Positions 12,301 to 23,238 of a stretch of 64,000 bases of DNA are shown here, piece after piece. This DNA is from Mantamonas sphyraenae STR306 (lineage: Eukaryota > Protista > CRuMs). The position numbers and the translations under genes were made by a program. Below the pieces are notes generated by a model. That model saw only the letters and a program-made list of their open reading frames with translations. It ran no database searches and was not told the DNA's origin. The stretch is taken from the NCBI GenBank assembly GCA_026936335.1, contig JAPMXV010000012.1:124001-188000 (forward strand). Direction: 5' to 3'. The number at the start of each line of letters is the position of its first letter. The stretch's first letter is position 1.

Positions 12301-15300
12301 TACGTCGCTGCGCCCGAGGATAAGCTGTACAAGTACATCGAGCCCTTTTCGCCCGATTGCCGTACCACAGGCGAGGTTGCCGTCGGTGTGCAGCCGCGTG
12401 TGCAGGCCGGAGTCACCTATTTCCCCAACCTGGCGTTGGGTGCCTCCACCGCGGGTACCTCTCCGGACCAGGGCAACGGCAACAGCAACGTCACCGGCAT
12501 TGTCGACGGCGATCGCTGCTGCGAAAAGACAGACCTCACCGATGGCTACAAGTGTGGCCTGAACTTCCAGCGCATGAACGCCACCGTCACCACGCCGCGC
12601 CAGGCTGTGATTACTCTGTCGCGCCCTGCGTTTGTCAATGAGTTCCTGTCGTCGTGGTACCAGCCATGCCGTAACCAGCCGCCTTACTACGAGATCGAGT
12701 TCCTCGACCGCACGGACAACACGTGGAAGCAGCTGGTGACGCGCGTGACCAAGGCCAACCAGCTCGCCAGTCTGGGTGCGCAGCAGCCATGTTTCTTTAT
12801 CCCTTCGGACAAGGACGACGTGTCGCTGTGTATCGATTTCATCACAGAGGTGCGCGCGGACAGCTTCCGCATCCGCTTCAACAACACCGAGGCGGACATG
12901 GGTGCGGCCTCAGTCACAGACTTTGGCTGGCTCTTTGAGTTTGAAGCCCACGGCATCTTCCAAGACACGCCCGAGTTCACCGAGCTCGTGTCTGGTCTGG
13001 ACGCGCTGCCTGCGCAGCAGTCGGTGTCTTCCAGCGCGCTGCCCAACATTGTGGTGCGCACCAAGAACCACATTGGCGAAGTGTTGACCACAAACGACAC
13101 CACCACAAAGTGGATGTCCTTCAACATGACCCTTGTCGGCGGCTCGGGTGTCGATGTCAAGAGCCGCTTCATCTCGGGCAACACCAACGTCACTGTCGTG
13201 GGCGGCATCGCCAACTTCACCGGCCTGGCGCTGACTGCACCCGAGGTGGGCACCTACAAGTTCACCATCTTTACGGACAACAACCTCAACCGTTCCGAGA
13301 CTTTCTTGACCGTGAGCACGGGTCCGCGTTCACCATTGAACGGCAGACTTCGGCTACATTGACCACAAAGTCGGTGTTCCGGTACGACATCCCGACCATC
13401 CAGTTCAAGTCGTTTGATGCGGGTCATAACCCGGTGGGCAACATCGACGTGGTGCGCAACCTGACCCTGACCATCAGCAGTGGTAGCAACTTTTTGGTGG
13501 GCAACCGCACAGTGACCATGCCGGCCAACACGGGTGTGGTTTCGTTTTCCGACTTGGCGCTGCTTGCGCCTGTACCAGGCGTGTACAACCTCACCTTTGT
13601 TGCATCGGATAACATCACAGTGCCCGCGGGTAACTCGGTCACAATCACAGTGACCAACGGTGACCCTGTGGCCCTGGTGACCACTGCGCGCACGTTCAAC
13701 ACGTCGATTGCCTCGGCACTCACCGTGGCCATGCCGCAGTTTACCATTGATGCACAGGACGCCTCTGGCACGCGCACGCCGCTGGCCAACGGTACGGTTG
13801 TGACAGTGACGGAACTGAACGGCACGGCGCTTTTTGGCACAACCACACGCACCATGTTTGAGGGCCAGGTCGTTTTCGACAACCTCGAGCTGCGTTCGCC
13901 TGTGGTGGGTAGTTTCGTGCTGCAGTTCACCACGAGCGGCACAGTGACCAACACCACCCAGACGGTGTTCATCGTCACGGGTGAGCCCCTGTATCTGCGT
14001 CTGCAGAACACAGGCGTCAAGACTGTGTACAAGAGTGTGTCCACGGTCCAGCTGGAGCCGCTCAACTTCAACGCATTTGATGCTGGTAACACGTTTGTGT
14101 CGACCACCGACACGCAACAGCGCACATTGGTGGCCACGTTTGCCAACACCACCACACAGAACTTCCTGTCGGGTGTGACCACGGCAACGATGACCAACGG
14201 CAACGTGACCCTGACGGGTCTGACGTTCACGGCGCCGCCTGTGGGCCAGTTCAACATCACGTTCACGGTGGGCACCCTGAGCACGGTTGTGGTCACCTAC
14301 ACGGTGGAGGTGGGTCCGGCCTTCCAGCTGGAGACGCCCACGCCCAACGCATACTCTCTGCGTACCGCAGTGACCACGCCTGTGTTGCCCGAGCTGACGG
14401 TGCGCGCCTTGGATGCTGGTTTCACGTTTGTGAACCAGACAGACACTGTGTTGCGCAACGTGACGGTGGCTCTTCCTGCCAGCCCTGCTCTGCTGCAGGC
14501 CGACGGTGCACGTGGAGTCATGGCCAATGGCACCGTGACGTTCACAGGCATCAAGCTCACGCGCCCTCCTGTGGGCACCTACACCCTGACGCTGAGCAGC
14601 AACAACCTGCTGAGCACACAGTTTGTGGTGACCATCGACACGGGTGATCCCATCGATCTGTACGCTCCCACGGTCGACCTTGGCTCCGTGCAGTCGCAGG
14701 AGAACACACAGGTGCCTTCGTTCCAGATCATTGCTCGCGATGCCGCTGCACAGACGGTGAAGCCGGCTACGGTCGCCAACCTGACGGCGGCGCTGGTGTC
14801 GTCCAACAGCAGTTCGCTGGCGGTCAACGGCACCAAGAGCATCGATTTCAACACGGCGACGGTGACGTTCAACAACCTGACACTGTTTGCACCGCGTGTG
14901 GGCACATACCAATTGACATTTGGTGCAGGCAATCTGACGCAGGCCAGTGTTGTGGTGCGCGTGCTTGTGGGTGCGCCGTACCGCTTGGTGCTGGACTCGC
15001 AGGTCACTCCGTCCTCGTTGACGTACCCGACCCTGCCCACGGTGACTGTGGGTACCGTCAAGGTGCTCACCAACGACATTGGTTCCAACGTCGTTCCCGA
15101 CGCCCAGGGTTTCCTGGTCAACATCACCAGCAGTGCGCTGAACGCACAGACGATCACGCTGAAGGGCAACAACTCGCTTGTGATGTCGGGTGGTCAGGTC
15201 TCGTTTACGGGTATCACCATCGACAGTCCGCAGAACGCAACATACACGCTGATCCTGTCGTCGACGGGTCTGTTGCAGACGTCGCTTACGCTTGTGATCA

Positions 15301-18300
15301 CCCCGGGTCCCGCCGTGAGCTTGGCCACCTCGGGTGGTCCGCGTGTCTCGTACCCTTCGGCTGCGACGATCCAGTTGCAGGCAGAGACTCTGCGTCTGCT
15401 GGATGCAACGGGTAACCTGGTGCCGCCTGAGTACAACCAGCCGCGCCTGGTGACGGTGCAGCTGTTCAACACCACTCAGGATTTCCTCAGTGGTCAGCTG
15501 ACTGTGAGCAACAACAACCAGTCGACGCTTGTGTTTGGCAACGTGACGCTCAACGCGCCGCCGAGGAACGTGTACACGCTTGCCTTCACATCGCCCGGTC
15601 TGCAGAACGCCACCATTCAGTTCGAAGTGACCATCGGTGCGCCTGTGAAGCTGAACATGCAGACGGTCACTGCGTACAGCTTTGACACGGCCGAGACGGT
15701 TGTGATTCCCGACATGGTGGTGGAGGCCTTGGATGCAGGTTCGATTCCAGTGGGCTCCACAGACAGTGCCAACCAGCGTACTGTCAACGTGTGGACGCCG
15801 CAGATGCAGTACACCACGGGTTCTACGGTGACGGCCACCATGAACTCGGGTGTGGTGACCTTCAGCAACGTGTTCCTCACACGCCCGCCCAACGGCACCT
15901 ACCTGCTCTCCTTCTCCACGGCCGGCATGACCAACGCCACGGTGGAAGTGACCATCAACACGGGTCTGCCCTTCTTCTTGCAGGTGCAGCCGTATTCGGT
16001 GACGCCGTTGGCATCCCAATTCACGGTGCAGTTGGATGCCGTGTTTGTGTCCACACTGGATGCAGGCAGTGGATTCACGCCGCGCACCAACAACTCGTAC
16101 ACCGTTTCGATTGCGGTGAACGGCACCACGCCAAGTGTGCTCACGGGCAACCTGACGCGTACGTTTGTGCAGGGCCGCGCTTCGTTCCCGGATCTGCGTC
16201 TGGTGTCGCCGCGCGAGGGCACGTACACGTTGACGCTGACGTCGGCGGGACTTGTGAGCACAAGCACAAACGTGTATGTGCGCATTGGTCCGCCTACGGA
16301 GCTGGTGCTGACCAACGGTCGCTCGTTCTCTGTGCGCTCGCTGCCCAGTACGGTGCTCAACTCGCTGACGCTTGAGGCCAAGGATGCGGGTGGATCGTTT
16401 GTCAAGGCAACCGACGGAGCGACGCGCCTGGTGACTGTGCGTCAGACCAATGCGTCGGCCACGGCCACAGTGCTGCAAGGCACGCAGGTGAACTACACCA
16501 TGGTGGCCGGTAATGTGACACTGGCCGGGCTGACGCTGATCAACCCGCCGGTCAACACGTACGGCTTTGAAATTGTGTCGCCGCTGCTTGCACGCGAGTT
16601 GTTTGTGGTGCATGTGACGGTGGGTATCCCTGTGACGCTGGTGGTGACCAGCAACCGCACGGTGGGTGTGCCTACCATTCTGGATGTGCTGGTGCCCTCG
16701 TTCGATGTGATTGCTCGCGATGCGGGTGGCACGTTTGTGGGCGACAGCGATCCTGTGGCGCGCACCATCACCGTCACAGACATGCAGGCCAAGGAGCTGC
16801 GTGGTACGCTGACCTACACCATGATCAATGGTTCGGTGGTGCTCAACGACATCCGCATGCAGGCGCCTGCTGTGGAGCCGCGCTACCTGCTGTTCAGCAC
16901 GCCCCAACTCACGTCCATCAACGTGACGGTGAATGTGTTGACGGGTCCTGCGTTTTCGTTGAAGCTGCACGCTCGCGGACGCAACGTGTACCGCTCGGAC
17001 AAGCTGGTGCCCCTGGATATGGTGGAGCTGCGTGGTCTGGATGTGGGCGGTTCCGAGGTGGGTTCCACGGATCCCACCGTGCGCACGGTGACGGCGCAGT
17101 CTGTGGCTGGCAGTGCCAACATCACGGGTGTCCTGACGGTGCCCATGATCAACGGCACGGCGCAGCTGTACAACATCTCGCTGGTGTCGCCCACGCAGTC
17201 CAACCACACCATTGTGTTTACGTCGGGCACGCTGTTGAACGTGACCATGACCACGCGTGTGATTGAAGGTGTGGCCTACTTTATGGAGGCCTTGCCGTAC
17301 ACGGGAGCGGCAAAGCAGGTGGAGATCAACACGGTGCTGGACGACATTGTGGTGCGCGCCTACGACGCGGGCTTTGGATTGACCACGCTCACGGCAGGCA
17401 AGACGGCCACGGTGAGTCACAACAGCGCCAACAGCCACCAGCCTGCCCTGACTGGCACCACCACGGTGTCGTTTGTCAACGGCACGGCCACGTTTACTGG
17501 AGTGGGTCTCAATCGCCCGCGTGCGTCGATCGGCTTCTACCTGCTGACCATCACCAGTGCCAACCTGGAGTCCACCACGGGCGTCAACGTGACCGTGCGT
17601 GTCGGTCCCGCCGAGACGCTGCGTGTGACGCAGACAGCCGGTGCCAACTACCGCTCCGTGCCGGTGATGGGTCTGCTGCCAATGACTGTGCGTGCCTACG
17701 ACGCAGGAGGAGACTTTATTGGCACGGCGCAGCAGCCTCGCGATTACACCATCAATGCGACGCTGGTGAGCACCACGGGCACTCTGTTGCCTCTGGTGGG
17801 TACGCTGCAGGCAGGCATGGTTGACGGTGTGGCTGTCCTGGACAAGGTGGCCATCCAGCGCCCGGCCGTCGGCGTGTACACGCTGCTGTTCCAGTCGCTC
17901 AACAACCCGCCTCTTGTCCCTGTCAACACCAGTTTGTCAGTGGGTGTGGGTCCAGGTTTCCGCTGGGCCCTCAAGTATGCCAGCAACGCGACTCTGACCC
18001 TGGCCTCGCAGATCAGCACTGTCATCCCGCCGCTGGCCTTCCAGGTGCTCGATGCAGGCTTCAACTTTGTCGGTGTCACCGACCCGCAGGCGCGCTCGAC
18101 AACCATTGCGGTCAAGACCAGCACGGGTGCCATCACGGACTCGTTCAACTACGTGCCCAAGGCTCCTCTGCTGGGCAACACCGTCGGCCTGACGTCCGCC
18201 GGTGCCATTGACTTTTCCACGCTGAGCCTGAAGCGCCCGTCTGCAGGTTTGCATGTGCTGGAGGTGACGGCTGGCGATCTGCTGCCCATCACAGTGTCCA

Positions 18301-21300
18301 TCACGGTGACCATTGGTCCGCCGGCGCGCATGGCACTGACCACGCAGAACAGCACGGTGACGCTGCTGTATCCTGGTGACGGATCCAAGCGCACGGTGGT
18401 GCCCGACGTGGTCCTGCAGATTGTGGATGGCGGTGGCAACGCCGTGGCCTCCCAGCTGCAAGGAACCCTTGCCACCATCACCCTCATTGACGCCCAGCCG
18501 CTGCGTCGCGACCCGCGTGTCACGTCCACGGCTGCCTCGGTGGCTGGTGGTGCTGCGTCCCCCTTTGCCTCTGCCTCGTCGCCGTACGGCGGCAGCAGCA
18601 GCAGCCAGTTTGCCGCACGCGGACTGGTGCTGGACGACGGAAGCAACAGCGAAGGATCGGTGCAGACACGCGCTGCACTGGCCAACGGCTACACGCTGGC
18701 CAATGTGATTGAGACGGGCAACACGAGTGTGCCCTTTGACAGCAATGGCCGTGCCGTGTTTTCGGGTCTGACGATGACGCCGTACGCGGGTCGCTACACG
18801 CTTCGCTACGGCGCCGGTTCGCTGGTGTCTGTGGACAACTCGTACGAAGTGACATTCACGCCGACTGCGGTGAGCGGCATCGATGCTGTGCAGAACATCA
18901 GCACAGACAACATCCCGTCGCCGTTGACGCCTGTGGTGCGTCCTCCGATTGTGCGTCTGATCGACGACGTGGGCAACCTCATCAAGATCGACGGCAAGAC
19001 GGTGGAGGTGTCGCTGTTTACGCCCAACCCTGTGTTCAACCTGCGCACGGATCTGACCGAGTTCCGCGTGCAGACGGTGGGCGGCATTGCGGCCTTTACC
19101 AAGATGACGATGAACGGACCGTACTCGGCCGAGTACACCGTCACCTTTTCCGTGCTCAACGCCAACCTGGACGTGGACACGTCGGTGACGCCCCTGGTGC
19201 TGGCCAACAACACGCGCTTTGTCTCGTGTGCCCAGATCCAGGACAACACACAGCGCGACGGCCTCAACGGTGACCGCTGCGTGTGTCAGCCCGGATACTT
19301 CCTGCAGCAGAGCGGAGGCGGAGCCAAGTGTGTGGCTTGCCCCGTGTCCACGTTCCAGTCCCAGCCCGAGCAGCAATCGTGTGAGAGCTGCCCGGTCAAC
19401 CAGGACACCAGTGACCGCACCGCACAGACCAGCCAGAGCGACTGCTCGTGCATCGATGGCTACTACAACACGCCACAGAACCCAGAGTGTCGTCTGTGCA
19501 TCCGTGGCGCCGCCTGCCGCAAGAACGAGGTCATTGAACCCGGCACGGGTTACTTCCGCTTCGACTCGGCCACCACCCTGGACAGCATCACGCGATGCCC
19601 TGTGCAGGCTGCATGCAAGGGTGGAGTCAACTCCACCTGCGCCGTCGGCTACCGCGGTCCGCTGTGTTCCATCTGCGACCCCGGATACGGCAAGTTTGGT
19701 GGCGAGTGTCTGGAGTGCGGCGACCCGTTCTGGAACGGCGTGCTTGTGTTTGTGTTTTTGGTGGGCGGTACCATCATGCTTGTCTTCCTGGTGCGCACTG
19801 CTGCAGGCGAGAAGAGCGAGATGAGTATCATCCTCAAGATTTGCCTGAACTACCTGCAGGTGGTGGCCTTTGTGGGCGACTTCCAGATGGGCTGGAGCGA
19901 CTCTGTGGTCGAGTTCTTTTCATTCTCGTCCATTGCTCTATTCTCACTGCAGTTGCACCCTCTGGATTGCTCCCTGGGGCTGGACTTTTACGGACGCTTC
20001 GATTCGTACATGCTCTTCCCCGTGCTGGCACTCTCCATCCCGGCCGTGTTCTTCTTTGCCCGCTACTCGTTTGACGTGTGGCTTGCACCCAAGCTGGGTC
20101 TCAAGGTGGAGGCCAAGAGTGAGCTGCAGCGCCGTCTGGAGGCCAATCCGTTTGGCAACCTGGCGCAGTCCATGGTGGGCAACGGCGACCTCAAGGGCGA
20201 CGCCAAGAAGAAGGCGGCGGAGGCGGCCAAGAAGAAGGGCAAGGCGCCCATGATCGAGACCATGAGTCTGGAGATGCTGCAGAAGGCGCAGGAGAACCTG
20301 AACGTCAAGGTCAAGACGCGCGAGGAGGAGTTCCGCGAGAAGTACATCAAGTTGTACACGGTGGCGGTGCTGGTGACCATGTTTATCGGCCACCCCATTG
20401 TGAGCAAGGTGATCTTCCAGATCTTCAACTGTGTGGAGTTCACCCCCACCGAGGCGTACATTGCAGACGACATGAGTGTGTCGTGCAAGACGGAGAAGTA
20501 CATCTACTACCGCGACACGTACGGCTACATGATGGTGATCCTGTACTGCATCGGCGTGGTGCTGATCGGTCTGGGCATCCTGGTGTACTACCGCAACCGT
20601 CTGGAGGAGCCCGAGGTGCAGGAGCGCTTCCGCTTCATCTACGAGGGTTACGTGCGCAAGCGCTTCTACTGGGAGGTGATCATCATGGGCCGCAAGTTGG
20701 CCATTGTGGCGATCATTGTGTTCTTCCGCGACAAGGCGCTGACGCAGCTGTACTCGGGCATGTGGATGGTGATGGGTGCGCTTGTGATGCACCTGTACGG
20801 CCGTCCGTTTGAGGGCAAGCTGCCGACGAACCTGGAGACGCTGTCGCTGAGTTCGTCGTCTGTGTCGCTGCTGTCGGGTCTCATGTTCTTTGCGGTGGGC
20901 AACGAACTGAGTGAGCAGGATGTGCTCAGTGTCACTGTGTTTGTGCTTCTGCTCAACGTGGTGACCACGGGCGTGTTTGCGGTGCTCATTGTGCGTGCCT
21001 TCTACCAGCTGGCCCGCCGCCAGCGCAAGGTGCTGGAAATGAGCGCACGCATTGCCCGTCAGTACGAGGAGCTGAAGAAGGCGCAGGAGGCTGCCGAAAA
21101 GGCGCGCAAGGAACAGATGGACCGCGAGCGCCTGGAGCGACAGATGCGTGGCGAGGTGGGCGAAGAGACCACCAAGGGCTTCTTTGGCAAGAACGCACTC
21201 AAGTTCCGCAGCGCCGCCGATGCGATCCGAATGCGTGCGGCCATGCAGGGCATGGAGGGAGGCACGGACGACTACGAGTTCTACTACAGTTCCGACTCGT

Positions 21301-23096
21301 CGGATCTGCTGCCGGACGAGGTGTACGAGTACGTGCAGCCGCAGCCGGGAGACCTGGACTACGACACGTATGTGGAGCAGCAGCAGGCCAAGGAGAGCGG
21401 CACGGGCGTGCGTTTCGGCGCAGCCGCGGCCGCAAGCAGCAGCAGCGCGGGAGCCGCCGCTGGCACAGGTGCAGCCGCGGCTGGACCGGCCAAGCAGGTG
21501 AAGCGCAAGAAGCTGAAGAAGCGCAAGAAGATTGTGGACTCGACGAGTGAAAGCGATCTGGAAGAGGAGGATCCGGAGGCGCAGCACTTGTCGCTGTTGC
21601 AGCGCGTGACGATGTTTGACGAGGTGGTGAAGGACGAGATGATGGTGGCCCACCTGGAGGCGTTCCTGCGTCGCCACCTGAACGAGCAGCAGCTTGCGTT
21701 CTGGAACGACACGATCGACTTTATGAAGAACTTTGAGGGATGGCGCAAGAGCCAGCGTGCCAAGCAGGCCGACCATCTGCTGGAGGTGTATCTGGACCTG
21801 GACTCGCCGCAGTACCTGTTTGTGGACTTCTCCGTGGTGATGGAGATGGAACAGCTGGTGGACAGCGGCGAGCTGGACAAGGACATGTGGATCCCTGTGA
21901 TGGAGGTGGTGTACCGTGCCCAGTTCAAGAAGTTCAGCAACTACTACCTGAACACGCTGGTGGACGACGAGCTGGGTGTGGAGATCCAGGAGGCGCTGAT
22001 CCAGCGTGGCGACGACAGGAGCCGCATCAAGATGAAGAAGGAGAAGCTGGCCGCCCAGGCGAAGCGACGTGCAGAGAGGCGCAAGAAGCGAGAGGACGAG
22101 CTGGAGGCACGCCGTGTGGAGAAGCGGGAGAAGCGCAAGGTGATTGCCAAGCAGCTGCGCGAGAAGCAGCTGGAGACATTGCGCGAGAACGCGTCGCGCA
22201 ACAAGATGACCAAGGAGGAGAAGAAGGAGGCTGCCAAGGAGGACAAGAAGCGCAAGGAGGCACAGAGCGTGAAGCAGACGGAGGAGTACAAGGAGGCACT
22301 GGCACGCGTGCGGGAGAAGCGCGAAAAGTTTGCAGCGCAGCGCAAGGCGTTGCAGGAGGAGGTGGATCGCATGGAGATGCAAGAGGCAGCGGCGTCGACG
22401 GGAGGTGTGAGCTTTGCGGCAGGAACGGCTGCAGGCGAGGGTGGAACGCAGTTCCAGACGCTGCGTGCGCAGTACCTGCACAAGGACAAGGGCGGCAAGG
22501 GCAGCTCGGGCAAGAAGAAGGACGGCAAGAAGAAGAAGGGCAAGAAGAGCAAGGGAAAGAACGCACAGGGCGAGGCGGGCAACCGTCGCACCACGCAGCG
22601 TGTGGACTTTGGTGGAAGCGACAGGCGCTCCACGGTCAACCTGACCAGTCTGGCAGAGCTTGCGCAGCTGCCTGAGGAGCTGACACTGACGGACAAGCTC
22701 AACGTGTTTGGCGAAGTGCTTGCCGAAGACGAACTGCTGGCCGTGTTTGACTCGTTCCTGCGCGAGGCCCTGTCCCGCTCCGAGGCGTCGTTCTGGCGTG
22801 ACGTGCAGACGTTTGAGAAGTTCTTTGACAAGCTGGACGACGAGGACGACCGCATCGAGGAGGCGGAATGGATCATCGAACGCTACATCGAGGTGGGCGG
22901 CGAGAAGTCGCTCAACTTTGACTACGGTGTGACGATGAAGTTCCTGCAGCAGCTCGACGCAGGCAACGTGTACAAGGAGATGTTCCGCGAGGAAATCATG
23001 CTCATGTACCGCGATGTGTACGACGAGTTCCGCAAGCTGTACTCCAAGAACCAGTTCCTGGCGCTGGAGGATGCGCTCGGTCGCGATCTCTTCTGA
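2..23096 (+). CDS. Giant multi-domain cell-surface membrane protein (filamin/Ig-like repeats, 2 LamG, 2 IPT/TIG, discoidin-like, Ig-like array, Cys-rich, ~9-10 TM, 2 RGS-like); 5' partial, frameshifted in this assembly
   Basis: ORFs 30..4991, 4702..8496, 8375..8602 (part), 8397..11651, 11554..13362 and 13110..23096 continue the same repeat register across 1-2 nt indels at ~32, ~4770, ~8388, ~8457, ~11622 and ~13325. The repeat consensus (F.IQARD.F.NNRT...YNATVSG.Y...GSPF) runs through the junctions. Joined length is about 7,690 aa. Confidence 0.85.
7690..8340 (+). other. LamG/pentraxin-like domain 1 of the giant protein
   Basis: TMAVWFK...GVWHHGVAAW...VWLDA...LYVG...FQGSIDELAIF...LYNFDE pattern of concanavalin-A-like LamG domains. 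Confidence 0.85.
10310..10970 (+). other. LamG/pentraxin-like domain 2 of the giant protein
   Basis: YTLSYWVR...DGKYHHIVITWRSSDGQTRLYVDG...VRIG...WIGYIGEVDLFSAAL...AWTF. Confidence 0.9.
11810..12345 (+). other. Two IPT/TIG domains
   Basis: TSIFPTLGPIAGSTLITVTGNDF...LEVSNN and TDFTPNNGPVYGRTIVTITGENF...LSVSNN match the IPT consensus P..GP..GGT.ITI.G.NF. Confidence 0.85.
12420..12960 (+). other. Discoidin (F5/8 type C)/galactose-binding-like domain
   Basis: NLALGA...IVDGD...VITL...YEIEF...WKQL...ADSFRIRF...LFEFEAHG. Confidence 0.6.
12960..19215 (+). repeat. Second array of diverged Ig-like beta repeats (~95 aa, 'DAG' motif)
   Basis: Recurrent V.A.DAG..V...R..TV...M.NG.V.F..L.L..P..G.Y.L.F....L......V..GP pattern, about 20 copies by length. 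Confidence 0.75.
19215..21010 (+). other. Cys-rich (ephrin-receptor-like/GCC2-GCC3-type) region followed by a ~9-10 TM membrane domain
   Basis: CVACPVSTFQSQPEQQSCESCP and CAVGYRGPLCSICDPGY, then hydrophobic helices with KI...YLQ, YIADDMSVSC, FIYEGY...YWE.IIM.RK and PF....NLE motifs, as in the widespread protist family resembling the fungal TRP-like (Flc/Pkd2) TM domain. Confidence 0.7.
21610..21955 (+). other. RGS-like domain 1
   Basis: FDEVVKDEMMVAHLEAFLRRHLNEQQLAFWNDTIDF...ADHLLEVYLDLDSPQYLFVD fits the RGS helical pattern. Confidence 0.75.
22700..23055 (+). other. RGS-like domain 2
   Basis: FGEVLAEDELLAVFDSFLREALSRSEASFWRDVQTFEK...AEWIIERYIEVGGEKSLNFD...MFRE. Confidence 0.8.
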
Positions 23097-23238
23097 AGCG
23101 TTGGCGCAGGACGATGACGATGACGATGAACAACTTGGGATTAAGTGTGTTGGCAAGGGTGTGAAGAGAAAGCATTCGCAATGGAGAAGGAAACAACCCC
23201 AACACGACAGTCACTGGTCTTTTGCAGCGATGCGCTTG

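Noticed and set aside
4760-13335. Programmed ribosomal frameshifting or tiny introns at the frame breaks
   Set aside because: No shared slippery or stop motif, no GT-AG pairs needed, and 1-2 nt corrections restore the repeat consensus.
18500-18690. Ser/Ala-rich linker with RDPR as a furin-type cleavage site
   Set aside because: A minimal RxxR motif is too common to support the claim.
19730-21010. Calling the membrane region a 7TM adhesion GPCR
   Set aside because: About 9-10 hydrophobic segments and no GAIN/GPS motif seen.
2121-23156. Long antisense ORFs (e.g. 4735..8106, 13254..17438, 19944..23156)
   Set aside because: Shadow frames of a GC-rich, codon-biased gene; no recognisable motifs.
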